Shown: positions 11,600-24,459 of the stretch, one piece after another | Position numbering within the stretch: position 1 is the stretch's first letter | Layout of the letters: each line of letters begins with the position of its first letter | Position numbers and translations under genes: made by a program | The notes under the pieces: generated by a model | What the model saw: the letters and a program-made list of their open reading frames with translations, nothing else | The model's database searches: none | What the model was told of the DNA's origin: nothing | Source: Octopus vulgaris | Taxonomy: Eukaryota | NCBI GenBank assembly: GCA_951406725.2 | Contig: OX597823.1 | Coordinates: 79,670,001 to 79,734,000 of the forward strand | Length of the DNA stretch: 64,000 nt | Direction: 5' to 3'

Positions 11600-13554
11600 A
11601 CTTTTTACATTTTACTGTTGTTTTATTGCCATTTATTTACAAGTATTATAAATTTTATTGGTAAAATATTTTTCTGGGAACAAATTACGATTTATAACAC
11701 TGCTACTATGGGAAAATTATTGCTTTGCTTTACGAGTATGTATGTGCATGTGTACATAGCATTTACAAGGATGTATATATACAATGGAACAAAATGTTGA
11801 TGATTAAGTCTGTCAATACACAAAAATTTTGAGACACAATTATATAAAATACCAAAAGAAAAGAACAAAAACAATATAACAATGTATGTGTGTTTGAAAA
11901 TGGCCTTCATTACTCAAACAGAATTTAAATAAATTAGAAGTCATTAATCAAACTACACTGTGTTGTGAAACCATTTACAATGAAAGAGTTCTGAGGGTGC
12001 TGTGTTCCACCCACCCGGAATAATAATAAAAAAAAACATTCACACACCCTACCTTAACAAATTTAAACTACATCTCTTCTCTTCCTCACATTTCCTCTAT
12101 GCTTATTTCTCGCTCCCCAGCCCTCTGTCATCACTGTATTGTTGTTATCCTGTTGTCCCCACAAGTCTTCTATATACCCATGTTTCACCAGTCACTGCAG
12201 TGCTTGTGTTTTTTTTTTTTAAATGGCCCTCATTACTCAAACAGGATTTTAAATAAATTAGGAGTCATTAATTAAACTACACTGTCTTGTGAACCCATCT
12301 ACACAGAAAAAATGGTTAAACAAAAGTGATTGCACTGGAAAGGATTTCATGGAACTGAAGGGGTGGTGGATCCAAAATATATGACAATTATTGCTCCTGA
12401 ATACAGAAAGATTGTCAGCTTGCAAGATAGTCCAGTCCACACTTTACAGACCTCCATGGTTCACTGCACAAGTATTTATCATCACTTTGTGCAATATTCA
12501 AGTGAATGAGACTTATATCCTGCTCAGAATGGTTTGGCAGTTTCCCTTTTTCCTATGGCAACACTTGAACTATTGAACGCAATACTTTGAATAAATGAAC
12601 AGGTGATCAGTAAAACACTGCAACTACAACTTAAAGTGGTAAATTATACTGCTCTGCAATTTAATCGGGTAGCTATATCTGTTAAGTATAGCAACCGAAT
12701 CATCCTGAAATCAGACCTTATAAAAAAGGAAAAAAATTAATATATTGGCTAGTCTGGAAAAAAAAAACCCAAAAAACTTAAGAGTGGTGAAGACCATCAG
12801 AATACCTTTAATTCTATGTCTGCTTGAACGAGTCTGACAGCAATAGCTTATTTGAAGCTAGGAGGACTTGGCTGTTAAGAGATAAGTATCTTACACAAAA
12901 GATGTAATGCAGAGCCAGCTGTTGGTGTCAATGTAGGCCTATGGTCAAAGGTATTCCAACCATGACCACTTGTCTTTTCCTTTCTGAGAGATAACTAGAA
13001 TTTGCATTATCCGATGAGCCTTTCCTTTTTCCAAGATGGTAAGATGTTATGACTTGAAGGACATTTTGTTGTTATTTCTAGCAGCTGTTACTCATACAAC
13101 CACGTGGAGCCCTTCCTCTTTGGTTGGTTGTGTACTATCCTACCTTGGACATAGACACTCGTGCATTTCATCAACAATCATCAATCTTTATTGTTAATCC
13201 ACATCAAATTATTTCAGTCAAATACACTCATCCATTCACTGAGCACCTTAGATACTCAGCTAGACTGACACAAAGGGAAAGGCTGGGCACAATGAGTTAC
13301 CCGCATCAAAGTACCCAGACAGCACCTCCCATTTCATGACTAGGAAAATTACTTGACCATTCTATGTTAATAGAGATATTGATGCACAGGTAACCCAATG
13401 TAAGATTTTAACAATAGATCAACCACTGCATGATGGGAAAGGCACTTGAAATTGATTGACCAATTATTGCTCAAGTTTGCTTTGTGTGGCATAAAAACTG
13501 TAGTAGAAAAAGTGGTACTCAAAAACTGGACAGGTGTGGCGCAAGCTTTCTTCT
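11600..13554 (-). other. Probable CENP-I 3' UTR with clustered AATAAA poly(A) signals near 11620-11660
   Basis: Repeat-poor stretch downstream of the candidate stop; several tttatt on the + strand at 11620-11660. Confidence 0.45.
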
Positions 13555-13566
13555 TCACTCAGTTTT
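13555..13566 (-). CDS. CENPI: Candidate terminal CENP-I exon, KTE*
   Basis: ttatttcgttttag acceptor then AAA ACT GAG TGA, followed by about 2 kb of repeat-poor UTR-like sequence. Confidence 0.5.
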   Translation of the reverse strand, partial: KTE

Positions 13567-14735
13567 CTAAAACGAAATAAAATGAAGAAATGGTTTCAAT
13601 AAATGGCTGTCCAAAACAAGAAGGACTTGGTCATAAAGGTTAATCAAAAACTGATTGAATACCCATGGTATTTACCCATAACCCATTAGCATTCAAATTA
13701 TCCTGCCAAATGATTATTCAATTAATCATACATTATCTTGTACCTTTGAAATTTCAATGATATGATTGTTTATTTTTAGAATAACATTGAAGGGTCGAAG
13801 TGTGAGAGGCTGGATCCCTCACCAGTTTAACTATAAAACAAGTAGAATTTTGGTGTGGACATGGCTGGTGTGAATGCTAAATGGATAATTTACAGAGCTT
13901 GAAATATTCAAATATTTAGTAGCAATAACATTAATAAAATTAGAGGTTCAAGAATTGCAAAGTAATGCTGCTTAGTTTTAATTGAAAAGACAAAAAAAAA
14001 ACAGAAAAAGATGCAGGTAAAATATTTACAAAATAGTAAAAACTGTTTGTACTAAAAATTTCAGCTTTTGCTTTCGTTACTGTATTTATAATAAGTTTTC
14101 TGATTCAACAAATTGATTTAAAAAGCACTGGTGCTGGTGCCATGTAAAAAAGCACCCAGTACACTCTGTAAAGTGCTTGGCATCAGGAAGGGCATCCAAC
14201 TTTAGGAACCAAGACAAAACAGACTGGTGTGGACCCTGGACTTGTCAGCTCCTGTCAAGCTATCCAACCCATAGCAGCAGGGAGAATGAATATTAAATGA
14301 TGATGATGATGATGATGATGATGAAATGGTTAATGAGTGCACAGAAATGTGGTTGGTGAATGAATGCAGACAATCTAGGCAACCCTTCAGTTTTAGCTTG
14401 TTGAGGAAATGACAACCTCCCTTGTGCTGGTGCCAGTACACTGTGTAAAGTAGTTGGTGTTAAAAATGACACCCAATCGAAGAAACAATACCAAAATTAG
14501 AATGTATGAGAAAAGTATGGTCCCCACCTCCACTCCAATCAACCTATCTGAAAAAAGAATATGAGATATAGACGCAGGAGTGGCTGTGTGGTAAGTAGCT
14601 TGTTTACGAACCACATAGTTCAGGGTTCAGTCCCACTGCATGGCACTTTGGGCAAGTGTCTTCTACTATAGCCTTGGGCCGACCAAAGCCTTGTAACTGG
14701 ATTTGGTAGATGGAAACTGAAAGAAGCCCATCGTA

Positions 14736-14778
<43 letters not shown>

Positions 14779-15373
14779 ATGTTTGTGTGTCTGTGTTTGT
14801 CCTCCTAGCATTGCTTGACAACCGATGCTGGTGTGTTTACATCCCCGTCACTTAGTGGTTCGGCAAAAGACCCCAATAGAATAAGTACTAGGCTTACAAA
14901 GAATAAGTCCTGGGGCCAATTTGCTCAACTAAAAGCGGTGCTCCAGCATGGCCACAGTCAAATGACTGAAACAAGTGAAAGAGTAAAGAGTAGATCAATG
15001 AAGGGAGAGACAACCCCCACCCCACAACTTCACCCTTCAATTAATCCTTCTCCTTTAGTCAATTGCAGCATACAATTTGTCCGTATATTTATATATATAT
15101 ATATATATATGTTTGTGTGTGCGCCTGTATGTATGTATGCCCAAAACATAGATATGGATATGAATGTTCACAAATACATATCCATATATGGGAATGTTTA
15201 AAAATAAAAGAGTGGCTGTGTGGCAAGTAGCTTGCTAACCAACCACATGGTTTCGGGTTCAGTTCCACTGCGTGGCATCTTGGGCAAGTGTCTTCTGCTA
15301 TGGCCCCGGGCCGACCAATGCCTTGTGAGTGGATTTGGTAGACGGAAACTGAAAGAAGCCTGTCGTATATATG

Positions 15374-15404
<31 letters not shown>

Positions 15405-15799
15405 TTGTGTGTCTGTGTTTGCCCCCCTATGCTGGTGTGTTTACGTCCCCGTCACTTAGCGGTTCGGCAAAAGAGACCGATAGAATAAGTCTGTGCTGTC
15501 CCCCCAACATCACTTGACAATCGATGCTGGTGTGTTTATGTCCACCGTAACTTAGCGGTGTGGCAAAACACACCAATACAATAAGTACTAAGCTTACAAA
15601 GAATAAGTCCCGGGGTCGATTTGCTCGACTAAAGGCGGTGCTCCAGCATGGCCGCAGTCAAATGACTGAAACAAGTAAAAGAGTAAAGAGTAAAGAGTAA
15701 AGAGTAAGGGAAAAAAATCGAACACTGATGACCCAAACAGATGTCCTAGTTATATATTAAGGTGTTTGTGAGCAGTTATTAAGAAGACGAGAAACTTAC

Positions 15800-15901
15800 T
15801 GTTTGCAAATCTAACCGAGAATCAATGAACCGTGAAATGAAATCAGTTAAACCTCCCAATTCTTGATCACGCAGAAACTGGAAATAACCTTTACGGTTTT
15901 T
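15800..15901 (-). CDS. CENPI: CENP-I penultimate exon, KNRKGYFQFLRDQELGGLTDFISRFIDSRLDLQT (ends VSFSSS* at 15779 if the donor is not used)
   Basis: tttacag acceptor; matches the Y..(Y/F)L..Q.L.GL..FI C-terminal motif; gtaagt donor at 15799. Confidence 0.88.
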
Positions 15902-17550
15902 CTGTAAAAAAAGAGAAAAAAAGGAGATTTTAGAATAGCTAGTTGGATTATTTTTGGCTAAAGAACTGAAGATGTGACATAATATTGGTAATAAGACAGA
16001 GTAATTTTGTTGATGAAGGTCAACCCACACCAAAAATCAATAGATATTAGATGTTTTAACTGTAGATTATATTCTTCCTATATCCAGAAGTATTCCAACC
16101 GTGGCCATCACAACTTTTCAAAGGTACCTAAGTCACGATATATTCTTTAGGATGTGATCTGAAGGGGGCTTTGGCTACTATTCCTAGCAAGTTGAGCATG
16201 GAGAAACTTCCTCATCAATTCATTTCATTGTAATAATGGTTTCAAGTTTGGGCACAAGGCCAGTAATTTCATGGGAGGGGATAAGTTGACTACATCAACC
16301 CCAGTGTTCAACTGGTATTAATTTTATTGACTTTGAAAAGATGAAAGGCAAAGGTGACCTTGACAGAACTTGAACTCACAATACAGAGCTTGACGAAATG
16401 CTGCTAAGAAATTTGCTCGGTGTGATAACAGTTCTGCTAGTTCACCACTTTGTATTTCATTATAATAATGAAAATAAATAACGAACCTATTGCATACAAT
16501 GCTCAGGTGCTCTACAATTCATCAGAAAATGTAACCAAAAGTGCATGAACAGTACACAGAATAATGCAGAGCAAGTGAACAGCGAATGAGTGATTTAAGA
16601 AACAACAGAAAGATGGGGAGTGAGGAGCATTAAGTGTATTGCTGGCAAATATCAGGAAGTCTGGAAGTTTTGAAAGATGTAGTGTTACGATATATTGGGT
16701 CATCCCATAAATAATGTGGGTTTTTTTTTCTGTGTTTGGGTTTTATTAAAGAACAGTGGCACTTTTCTTTGATGTTCAACATAAGATACAGGAAAGAAAT
16801 GCTTAAAAGATTTAAAACGAATTTAACTGATATCAATTAATCCAAAGCTGAGAAATCAAGTAAATAAAGCATTTTAAACTCAACAAACTACAAATGAAAA
16901 GAATTAAACAAGGTTTCTTATTTTAGACAGACAGACAGACAGAGATAGACAGATAGAGAGGTGGAATGATAAACAGACAGGCAGATATGACAGAGAGACA
17001 CATAGACAGATGGCTTGTAAAGCATTTGTGATAAATAATCAAAACTCAAAAAAGGCCAAAATACACAACTTTCTTCACAGTCAAAAAGTGTCATTCTGAT
17101 GGAACTCCAGCATTCCAACAATAATTTGGTAAATTAAGCTGTCACAAACATTAACATGCCGGGTGAAATGCTCAGCAGTATTTTGACTGTCTTTATGTTC
17201 TGAGTTCAAATTCCGCCGAGGTCGACTTTGCCCTTCATCCTTTCGGGGTTGATTAAATAAGTACCAGTTACACACTGGGGTCGATGTAATCGACTTAATC
17301 CATTTGTCTGTCCTTGTTTGTCTCCTCTGTGTTTAGCCCCTTGTGGGGTAGTAAAGAAATAGGTATTTTCATTGTCTTTATGTTCTGAGTTCAAATTCTG
17401 CCAAGGTTGACTTTGCCTTTTGTCTTTCAGGGTCGATAAATTAAGTACCAGTTGCATACTGGATTCGATCTAATAGACAGCCACCCACCTTCTCCAAAAG
17501 TTTCGGGCCTTATTCCTAGAGTAGAAAAGAATAATTTGATAAATACTTAC

Positions 17551-17589
17551 TCGTATCAATGAAGGATGCTGTCGGCTCTGGGGCATTTC
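17551..17589 (-). CDS. CENPI: CENP-I short exon, EMPQSRQHPSLIR
   Basis: ctcctcag acceptor, gtaagt donor; 39 nt, phase 0 to 0. Confidence 0.8.
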
Positions 17590-19694
17590 CTGAGGAGAGA
17601 GAAAAGACAAAAACATTTTGATATTAGTATCTTGAAAATCAAAAGGTTGTATATATATATATATATACTTATTTCTGATTGTTGAATTGTAGTTCTCTGG
17701 TTAAATGTCATTTAAATATTGCTGTAAGAAAACTCCAGTTTCTATTTCATGGATGCCATTAGAAGAGTCCACTTTGCTACAAGTATTCAGGTCCCTGGCC
17801 TCTGATCTGAGAATAATCTCCACCCTATTACGCTCAGAGTCCCTGAAAATGCTCAGAGACACTACTCTTCTTGTCTTGACAAGAGAGAGAGGGGGAGGGG
17901 GAGAGAGAGAGATTCCACGTCTTTTATAAAATGGTACACTAGTTTAGTATAGAAAGAACTGGTATCTGTTTTTCAGTCAGCCAGAACCAAAGTGTAGAAT
18001 AAAGAAAGACAAATAATTAAATACTAATTAACTGATTGAATTCCCATGACATTTACCTTTAACCCTTTGGCATTCAGATTACTCTCTTTCCCTCTCTCTC
18101 TCTCTCGTATGTAATGTGTATTTATTCACATTGTTTGGAACTTATGTATTATCACATAGCTTTGAAACTTTGATGTGATTGTATATTTTTAGAATGCCAT
18201 TGGAGAGTAGGTGTGAGAGGCTGGATCTGGCCAGTATAAATGTTAAAGGGATAATGTGTAAAAAAAAAAAAAAAAAGATGATCAAGGCCCAAACACTTTT
18301 GACCACCGGCTGACCCAAGGTTAAACAACAACAGTTAACTTACTGAATGCTGATTAAGGCAGCAAAGGTTAAAAGATAGACTGGCTGAAGGAATGAGAAA
18401 GGAATTTATTAAAGAAAAACAAAATACCTTTCTGGTTATTGCAGGTGAATAAATTAATACATTAAAATTAAATGAGAATGAAAGGAAGAGGAGGAGAGGG
18501 AGACAATGAGTAAAGAAAGCTGGGGGAGTGTTGGATGTTATCTTAGTAGTAGCATTTCCATTAGTTTATTGTGCCAAGGGAAAAATATTTTGCCTCTTAC
18601 GGAGAGCGTGTATGTTCCGGTTAATTTATGTGTTTATTGGAATGTGATTGGTGTGTGGCAGGACAACTGAGTTAATTACTCTATCAAAGTAATATTCCAA
18701 GGAAACATTCTTGCTTCCACTCACCAGAAATAGCAAAGGAATAAAGAAAGATAATGAAAAGAATCCGAAATATGCAAATATATTCCTGTAAACAACACAG
18801 AATAATGCAGGTGAAATGCATTATTAATAGATTAAAATATTTAATACAAGAATGGTAAGTATTAGAAGAATGGTAGATGAAAATTTCAGAGCTTCAAAGT
18901 ACATGAAGTCCATGAAACTTTATGAAAATAGTTGTTCCTGTTCTTTAGCTCAACATGAAGCCTAGAATGAAAGGCACTCCAGTTGTGACCATCCCAACAC
19001 ATTATTTGACATTGTGCCAGAGAAGGAAATAATAGATACCACATCTATTAAACAACAGAAAGGTAGGCTTAATTATAAGAAAATTATATTTGTTTACTTG
19101 TTTCACTTATAGGATACTGGCCAGACAGGGGCATTGCCCTTAAGGGTTTCAGGCAAGTATACCAATCCAAGTACTTTGGGACTTGTTGATCTCATGAAAA
19201 ACAAAAGCCAAGTTGTCCTTGACGGGAAAGAAGACGTTTGTAACTCAGTCATAACTAAAAACCGCAAGGTATGGTAGTTTGCTGCACTGATTTCAGGCCT
19301 CCTACTTTTTGAAATGGAATAAGGAAACTGATTGAAGCTTTCAAAGATATTAGCTGCTGCATGTTTTTTCTAAATTAAATTTCTTATAATCACACATAGA
19401 TCTTTCCTGAAAATCTTGGTGCACTGATACACAAGGAGAATTTTTACCAGGAAGATTGATATCAAGGATTCTGGAATGAAATTATGATGGCAGACTATTG
19501 TTGAATGTTAATTGGTGATGACACAAATTCCAATTACATATTTTTAATTGTGAATATGTAAACAGTAACGGTTTTTTTTGTTGGTTGTAGTAATATTTCG
19601 AAGTACAATCACAGAGAAGAAATTAAATTTTATAGAATGAGTGGAGGGAGAACAAGAAATTGTGAATAAAGAGAGAGAGAGAGAGATAACCAAC

Positions 19695-19965
19695 CTTTCT
19701 CAGGTATAACAGTGCATGTCCTAAGAACGCTTGGTGATGTAACAAGGATAAAGATGAATTCACAGATTTGCTACGAATTCCAGGTATGGAGAAGATATCA
19801 AAATCAAACAAAAAGGAATCAGAAGTTTGTTGTGTAGTATCAAAAGCTTTGTAATGCCAAAGAGCATTGCAGACATCTAAAACATACACATTCAGCTTTT
19901 TAATGTGTTTGTCAAGTTTATAGGGTGTCTGAAGCTTCTTTAAGTTCTGGAACACACTCGAGTAA
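19695..19965 (-). CDS. CENPI: CENP-I exon, YSSVFQNLKK...LNVYVLDVCNALWHYKAF...SLSLLHHQAFLGHALLYLRK
   Basis: ttccag acceptor, gttggt donor; contains the Mis6/CENP-I C-terminal N.Y..D.CN.LW..+AF motif. Confidence 0.92.
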
Positions 19966-20084
19966 CTGGAAGAAGAAAAGAAGAAATGAATGAATACATA
20001 CATATATATAGTGCGCCATTTTATATTTTCAATTTTGTGCATACACATTATTTGCGTTAGATTTTATAGACAACACAGTATAGT

Positions 20085-20705
20085 AGGGTCAGTTGGGCAC
20101 CGTCTGTGAGATAAACAGCACCATGACGGAATTCACTCTGCCAGAAATTTGGTAATGACATGCTGTGCTGCTTGGCATTCGCACTGGAAGCTCCAATACG
20201 CACATTTCAGAATATTTGGGTATCAATCTGAGAACATGTACGGAGAGTGATAAAAATCAAACATCCAGTCAACATCATGGTGTTTGGAATGATCACTAGT
20301 GATGGCAACATTGTGCTTCCATTCATCTTCCCACACGGCCTCAGACTCAACAGGGAGGCCTACATCAAATGTCTGCAGGAGGGAGTGCTGCTCTGGGTCA
20401 AGAGGGTGGCTGCTGGAGGACCTTATGTCTGGCAACAGGACTCTGCACCACACCACATAGGCAGGAGAACCCAGTTGTGGCTGTCAGACAATTTCTGCAA
20501 CATCATTCCTAACATCTGGCCACCTAACTCGCCAGACTGCAACCCTCTTGATTGTTATGTGTGGGGTGCAGTTAAGCAAGAGACCAACAAAACTCCTTGT
20601 AACACCAAAGATGAACTGAAGACAAGGATTATGGGAGCATTCAGCAACTTAAACAAGGAGACCGTCCAGAAGATTTGCAAGAGATTCCGAAGTCACCTTC
20701 GATAA
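20085..20705 (+). mobile_element. maT/DD37D-like Tc1-mariner transposase remnant
   Basis: ORF 20247-20705 has MVFGMI, WQQDSAPHH and WPPNSPDCNPLD; 36 residues between the last two Asp in this copy; a possibly related N-terminal piece at about 51220-51540 (-). Confidence 0.8.
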
Positions 20706-21467
20706 CATATTCCAGGGTGCATAATTTATCCTTTATCTTTTACTTGTTTCCCTGATAAGCTGGAACTCACACAGCACTGGAGCAACAGAAAATGAAGTGT
20801 TTAGCTCAACAACACAACATACTTCCTGGACCAGGAATTGAACCCACGATCTGGTGATTGTGAGTGCAATACCCTAACCACTAGGCCATCACATAAACTA
20901 CCAACAATTCTTGCTGGTAAGAACAAAGAATTCTACAATGGATGGAGAACTTCAAAGGAATGCTGTAGTCCAATGGTAGAACATCTATCATGTTAACAAA
21001 AGAAGTGGATTCAAGTCCCATAGGTAGCCTGGGGCTTTTCTCATCCAAATCGTTTTTTAACTTAGTATTTACACATAATTATTAACAGCTTTATCTATTT
21101 TGAATTCGAGCTGGTGCCATGTAAAAAGCACTCAATACACACTGTAAGGTAGTTGGCACTAAGAAGGGCATCCAGCCATAGAGATCTTGCAAAAACAGAC
21201 GACTGATACTTGGTGCAGCTCTCAGGCTTGCCAAATACTGTCAAACTGTCCAACCCATGCCAGCATAGAAAACGGACACTAAATGACGATGATGTATTCC
21301 ACTGTTTTTAAAACATTTATATAGCTTAAATAAATAGAAACAACCCTACAATGAGAATAGAAAATAATTAGATTATAAAAACAAAATACACACAATCACA
21401 GATAATAAAATTCCTACAAGCAATTCTGAGCATCAGCAGAAACATGAAAGGATTTAGTGGAACTTAC

Positions 21468-21592
21468 TCTAAGATGATACGGCACAAACGTGAAATAACT
21501 GTGCACTGATTAGAGACAATGAGGCGACTGACAAATGCTGGTGATGGAATGGTCAATAATGGGAAGTTGGTGTTCAGAACGGTTATTAGCAA
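21468..21592 (-). CDS. CENPI: CENP-I exon, LLITVLNTNFPLLTIPSPAFVSRLIVSNQCTVISRLCRIIL
   Basis: ccacag acceptor, gtaagt donor; matches N.PL...P.P and ...LC.I motifs. Confidence 0.9.
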
Positions 21593-21756
21593 CTGTGGAA
21601 AGAAAGGAGTTATTACATAGTAAAAACAGATGACTTATTATGCATTTAGTGTATGAGAGAGAAGGAAAAAATGATGTCATGATAGGCATACTTTCTAGGG
21701 ATGTTTTGTTAAATTTTGTAAGAGAACTGTAACAAGCTACAAGTGAAAACTGAAAC

Positions 21757-22640
21757 TAGACCTAATATTGGTTTCAAATTTTGGCACAAGGCCAGCAATT
21801 TTGGGGGAGGGGTAAGTTGATAATATCAATCCCAGTGTTCAACTGGTCCTTGTTTTATTAACCCTGAAAGAGGCAAAGTGACCTCAGCAGAATTTGAACT
21901 CAGAATGTAAAGATGGACATAGTGTTGCTGAGTATTTTTCTTGGCATGCTAACAATTCTGCCAGTTCGCCACCTTCAAATCTAGACCTAATATTGGTTTC
22001 AAATTTTGGCACAAGGCCAGCAATTTTGAGGGAGAGGGTAAGTTGATAACAGCTACCCTGAAAGAATGAAAAGCAGAGAGACCTCAGCAGAATTTGAACC
22101 CAACAACATTTTGTCCGTCTTTACACTTTAAGTATTTTGCCAGGCATGCTAACAATTCTGCCAGTTAGCCACCTTCAAAGCTAGACCTAATATTGGTTTC
22201 AAATTTTGGCACAAGGCCACCAATTCTGGGAGAGGGGTAAGTTGATTACATCGACCCTAGTTCTCAACTGGTACATATTTAACCCTTTTGATACCAACCC
22301 GGCCAAAACCGCCTCTGGCTCTGTAGTATAGATGTCTTGTTTTCATAAGTATTGAATTAAAATCTTCCACCAAACCGTAGTCACAATCTATGTTCCCAAT
22401 ACTAGCTTAATGATAACAAAGTTCTTTTACTAAATTCTTTGTTATATTTAAATTAATTGAATGAAACACAGAGCATCTCAAAATAAATACAGTAACGAAA
22501 GGTTTAACGTCCTTGAAAGGATGAAAGGCAATGTTGACTTCAAGCGAATTTGAACTCACACTGTAAAGACGGATGAAATGTCAGTAAATATTTTGCCCAG
22601 CATACGATTCTGTCAGCTTGCCACCTTAACTAGACATAAC
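21757..22640 (-). repeat. Tandem triplication of an old SINE plus its flank (about 200-bp units)
   Basis: ctagacctaatattggtttcaaattttggcacaaggcc starts each unit at about 21757, 21981 and 22182. Confidence 0.85.
22279..22507. mobile_element. piggyBac-like MITE (inverted copy at about 24961-25186)
   Basis: TTAA-CCCTTT left end and gtaacgaaaggtTTAA right end; interrupts the third SINE unit. Confidence 0.75.
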
Positions 22641-24305
22641 ATTGGTAAACTATGACATTGGTTCTTATCTATTTACATTTAACAATATTAAGTGCAAACA
22701 AATATTAGATATACACTTCTTGATATTTCCCTCAAAGGTAGCTGGATGGGTATAAGTATGGCTGCATAGCTAAGACATTCATTTCTCAATCCTATGATTG
22801 CAGATTCGATATCTGAGTCCAGAGCACCTTGGACGAGTGTCTACTTATGTAATGTTTGTGATATGTCCAGCATTATGACAACATATTTCGTTGTCTGCAT
22901 GACTGGCCAGAACAGTGTACCTCACCGACTGTCACCACTTACTGAGTCTGTCCACTATTTATTAGTAGTGGACCAGCCCACTTCTCACCTGGAGGTGTTC
23001 ACAACACCTCCCCGCTTTGAGAATTTTCTTTTTTTTCTCTCTTTCAATACAACAGTATTTATTTTTTCCAAACCAAAAATATTTTTCTCTTCTTATTTAG
23101 ATTTTTTATTGTTCCACACAGAATTATATATATATTTTTCTCTTTCAACACAACATTATTTTTTCAGAATTATTTTTCTCTTCTTAGATTTTTTCTTGTT
23201 CCACACAGAACCATATTTTTTTTTCTTCAAACTGCCACAGGTAGTATCAGTCTACATTATTTACTGGTAACGCTACTACACATATAGCGAACGGACATAT
23301 ATTATTTCTCACTGTGTGTAGTTCAGATCTGTGTTAGAGTTCCAGTTTTATCTGATATTTTTTCTCCAGAATCTTATTTTATATATTTTTCACTGTTAGA
23401 GTTCCAATTTTATCAGACACTTTTTCCTTCAGAATTTATTTTTTTATAATTTTTACTGTGTGTATATTACTTTTCACTGTGTGAAGTTCAAATCCCACCT
23501 CGGGATTTATAACATATTTTATCATCCACATGACTCGACCAAACAGTGTACCTCGCTGACTGACACCACTGTCTAATTCCACTGACAGATCTTGAGTTGA
23601 TTTGAAGCTATGGTAAAAAATGCTTAAACTGCCATGCAGTAGGACTGAACTCAAAAAAATGCAACAGTGAAGCAAACTTCTTAACCACAAGGCTAACAAA
23701 AGATTTTTTGTAGTGAAATAAAAACTGAGTTGATAGTTCTCTTTTCTTATTTCTTTACTGCCCACAAGGGGCAACACACAGAGGGGACAAACAAGGACAA
23801 ACGGATTAAGTTGATTATATCGACCCCAGTGTGTAACTGGTACTTATTTAACCGACTCCAGGTGGATTAAAGGCAAAGTTGACCTCGGCGGAATGTGAAC
23901 CCAGAATGTAAGGACAGATGAAACACCTGTTTCTTTACTACCCACAAGGGGCCACAGAGGGTACAAACAAGGACAGACACACGGATTAAGTCGACTACAT
24001 CGACTCCAGTGCGTAACTGGTACTTATTTAATCGACCCTGAAAGGATGAAAGGCAAAGTTGACCTTGGTGGAATTTGAACTCAGAACGTAGCGGCAGATG
24101 AAATACCGTTAAGCATTTCGCCCAGCGTACTAACGTTTCTGCCAGCTTGCCACCTTCTCTTTTCTGTGCAGTGTTACTATCTTACAAAAGACAGTTTGCT
24201 TTGGTCTTTAATAAAAATTCAGCCATTATGAAGTGGAAAAGAAAAACTAGATTTCAAGCAATATCTTTTGTAAATATGTTCAATAAACAAAGACAGTAGG
24301 CTTAC

Positions 24306-24459
24306 TTGTTCTTGGAACCATAGGCAGAAATGTACCATTATCGCATGGTCATCCTCACAGAGTAATCCCAGGAGGCAAAGTTCATCAATAAAGTCAATAA
24401 GCTTCTTGAACTCAATATGAGCTTGAAAATCATCAAAATCACCTTGAAAGAAACTGAAC
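24306..24459 (-). CDS. CENPI: CENP-I exon, FSFFQGDFDDFQAHIEFKKLIDFIDELCLLGLLCEDDHAIMVHFCLWFQEQ
   Basis: tttttcag acceptor with an in-frame alternative AG 6 nt downstream, gtaagc donor. Confidence 0.88.

Noticed and set aside
22794-23270. 158-aa Phe-rich membrane-like ORF
   Set aside because: Translation of T-rich low-complexity repeat sequence.
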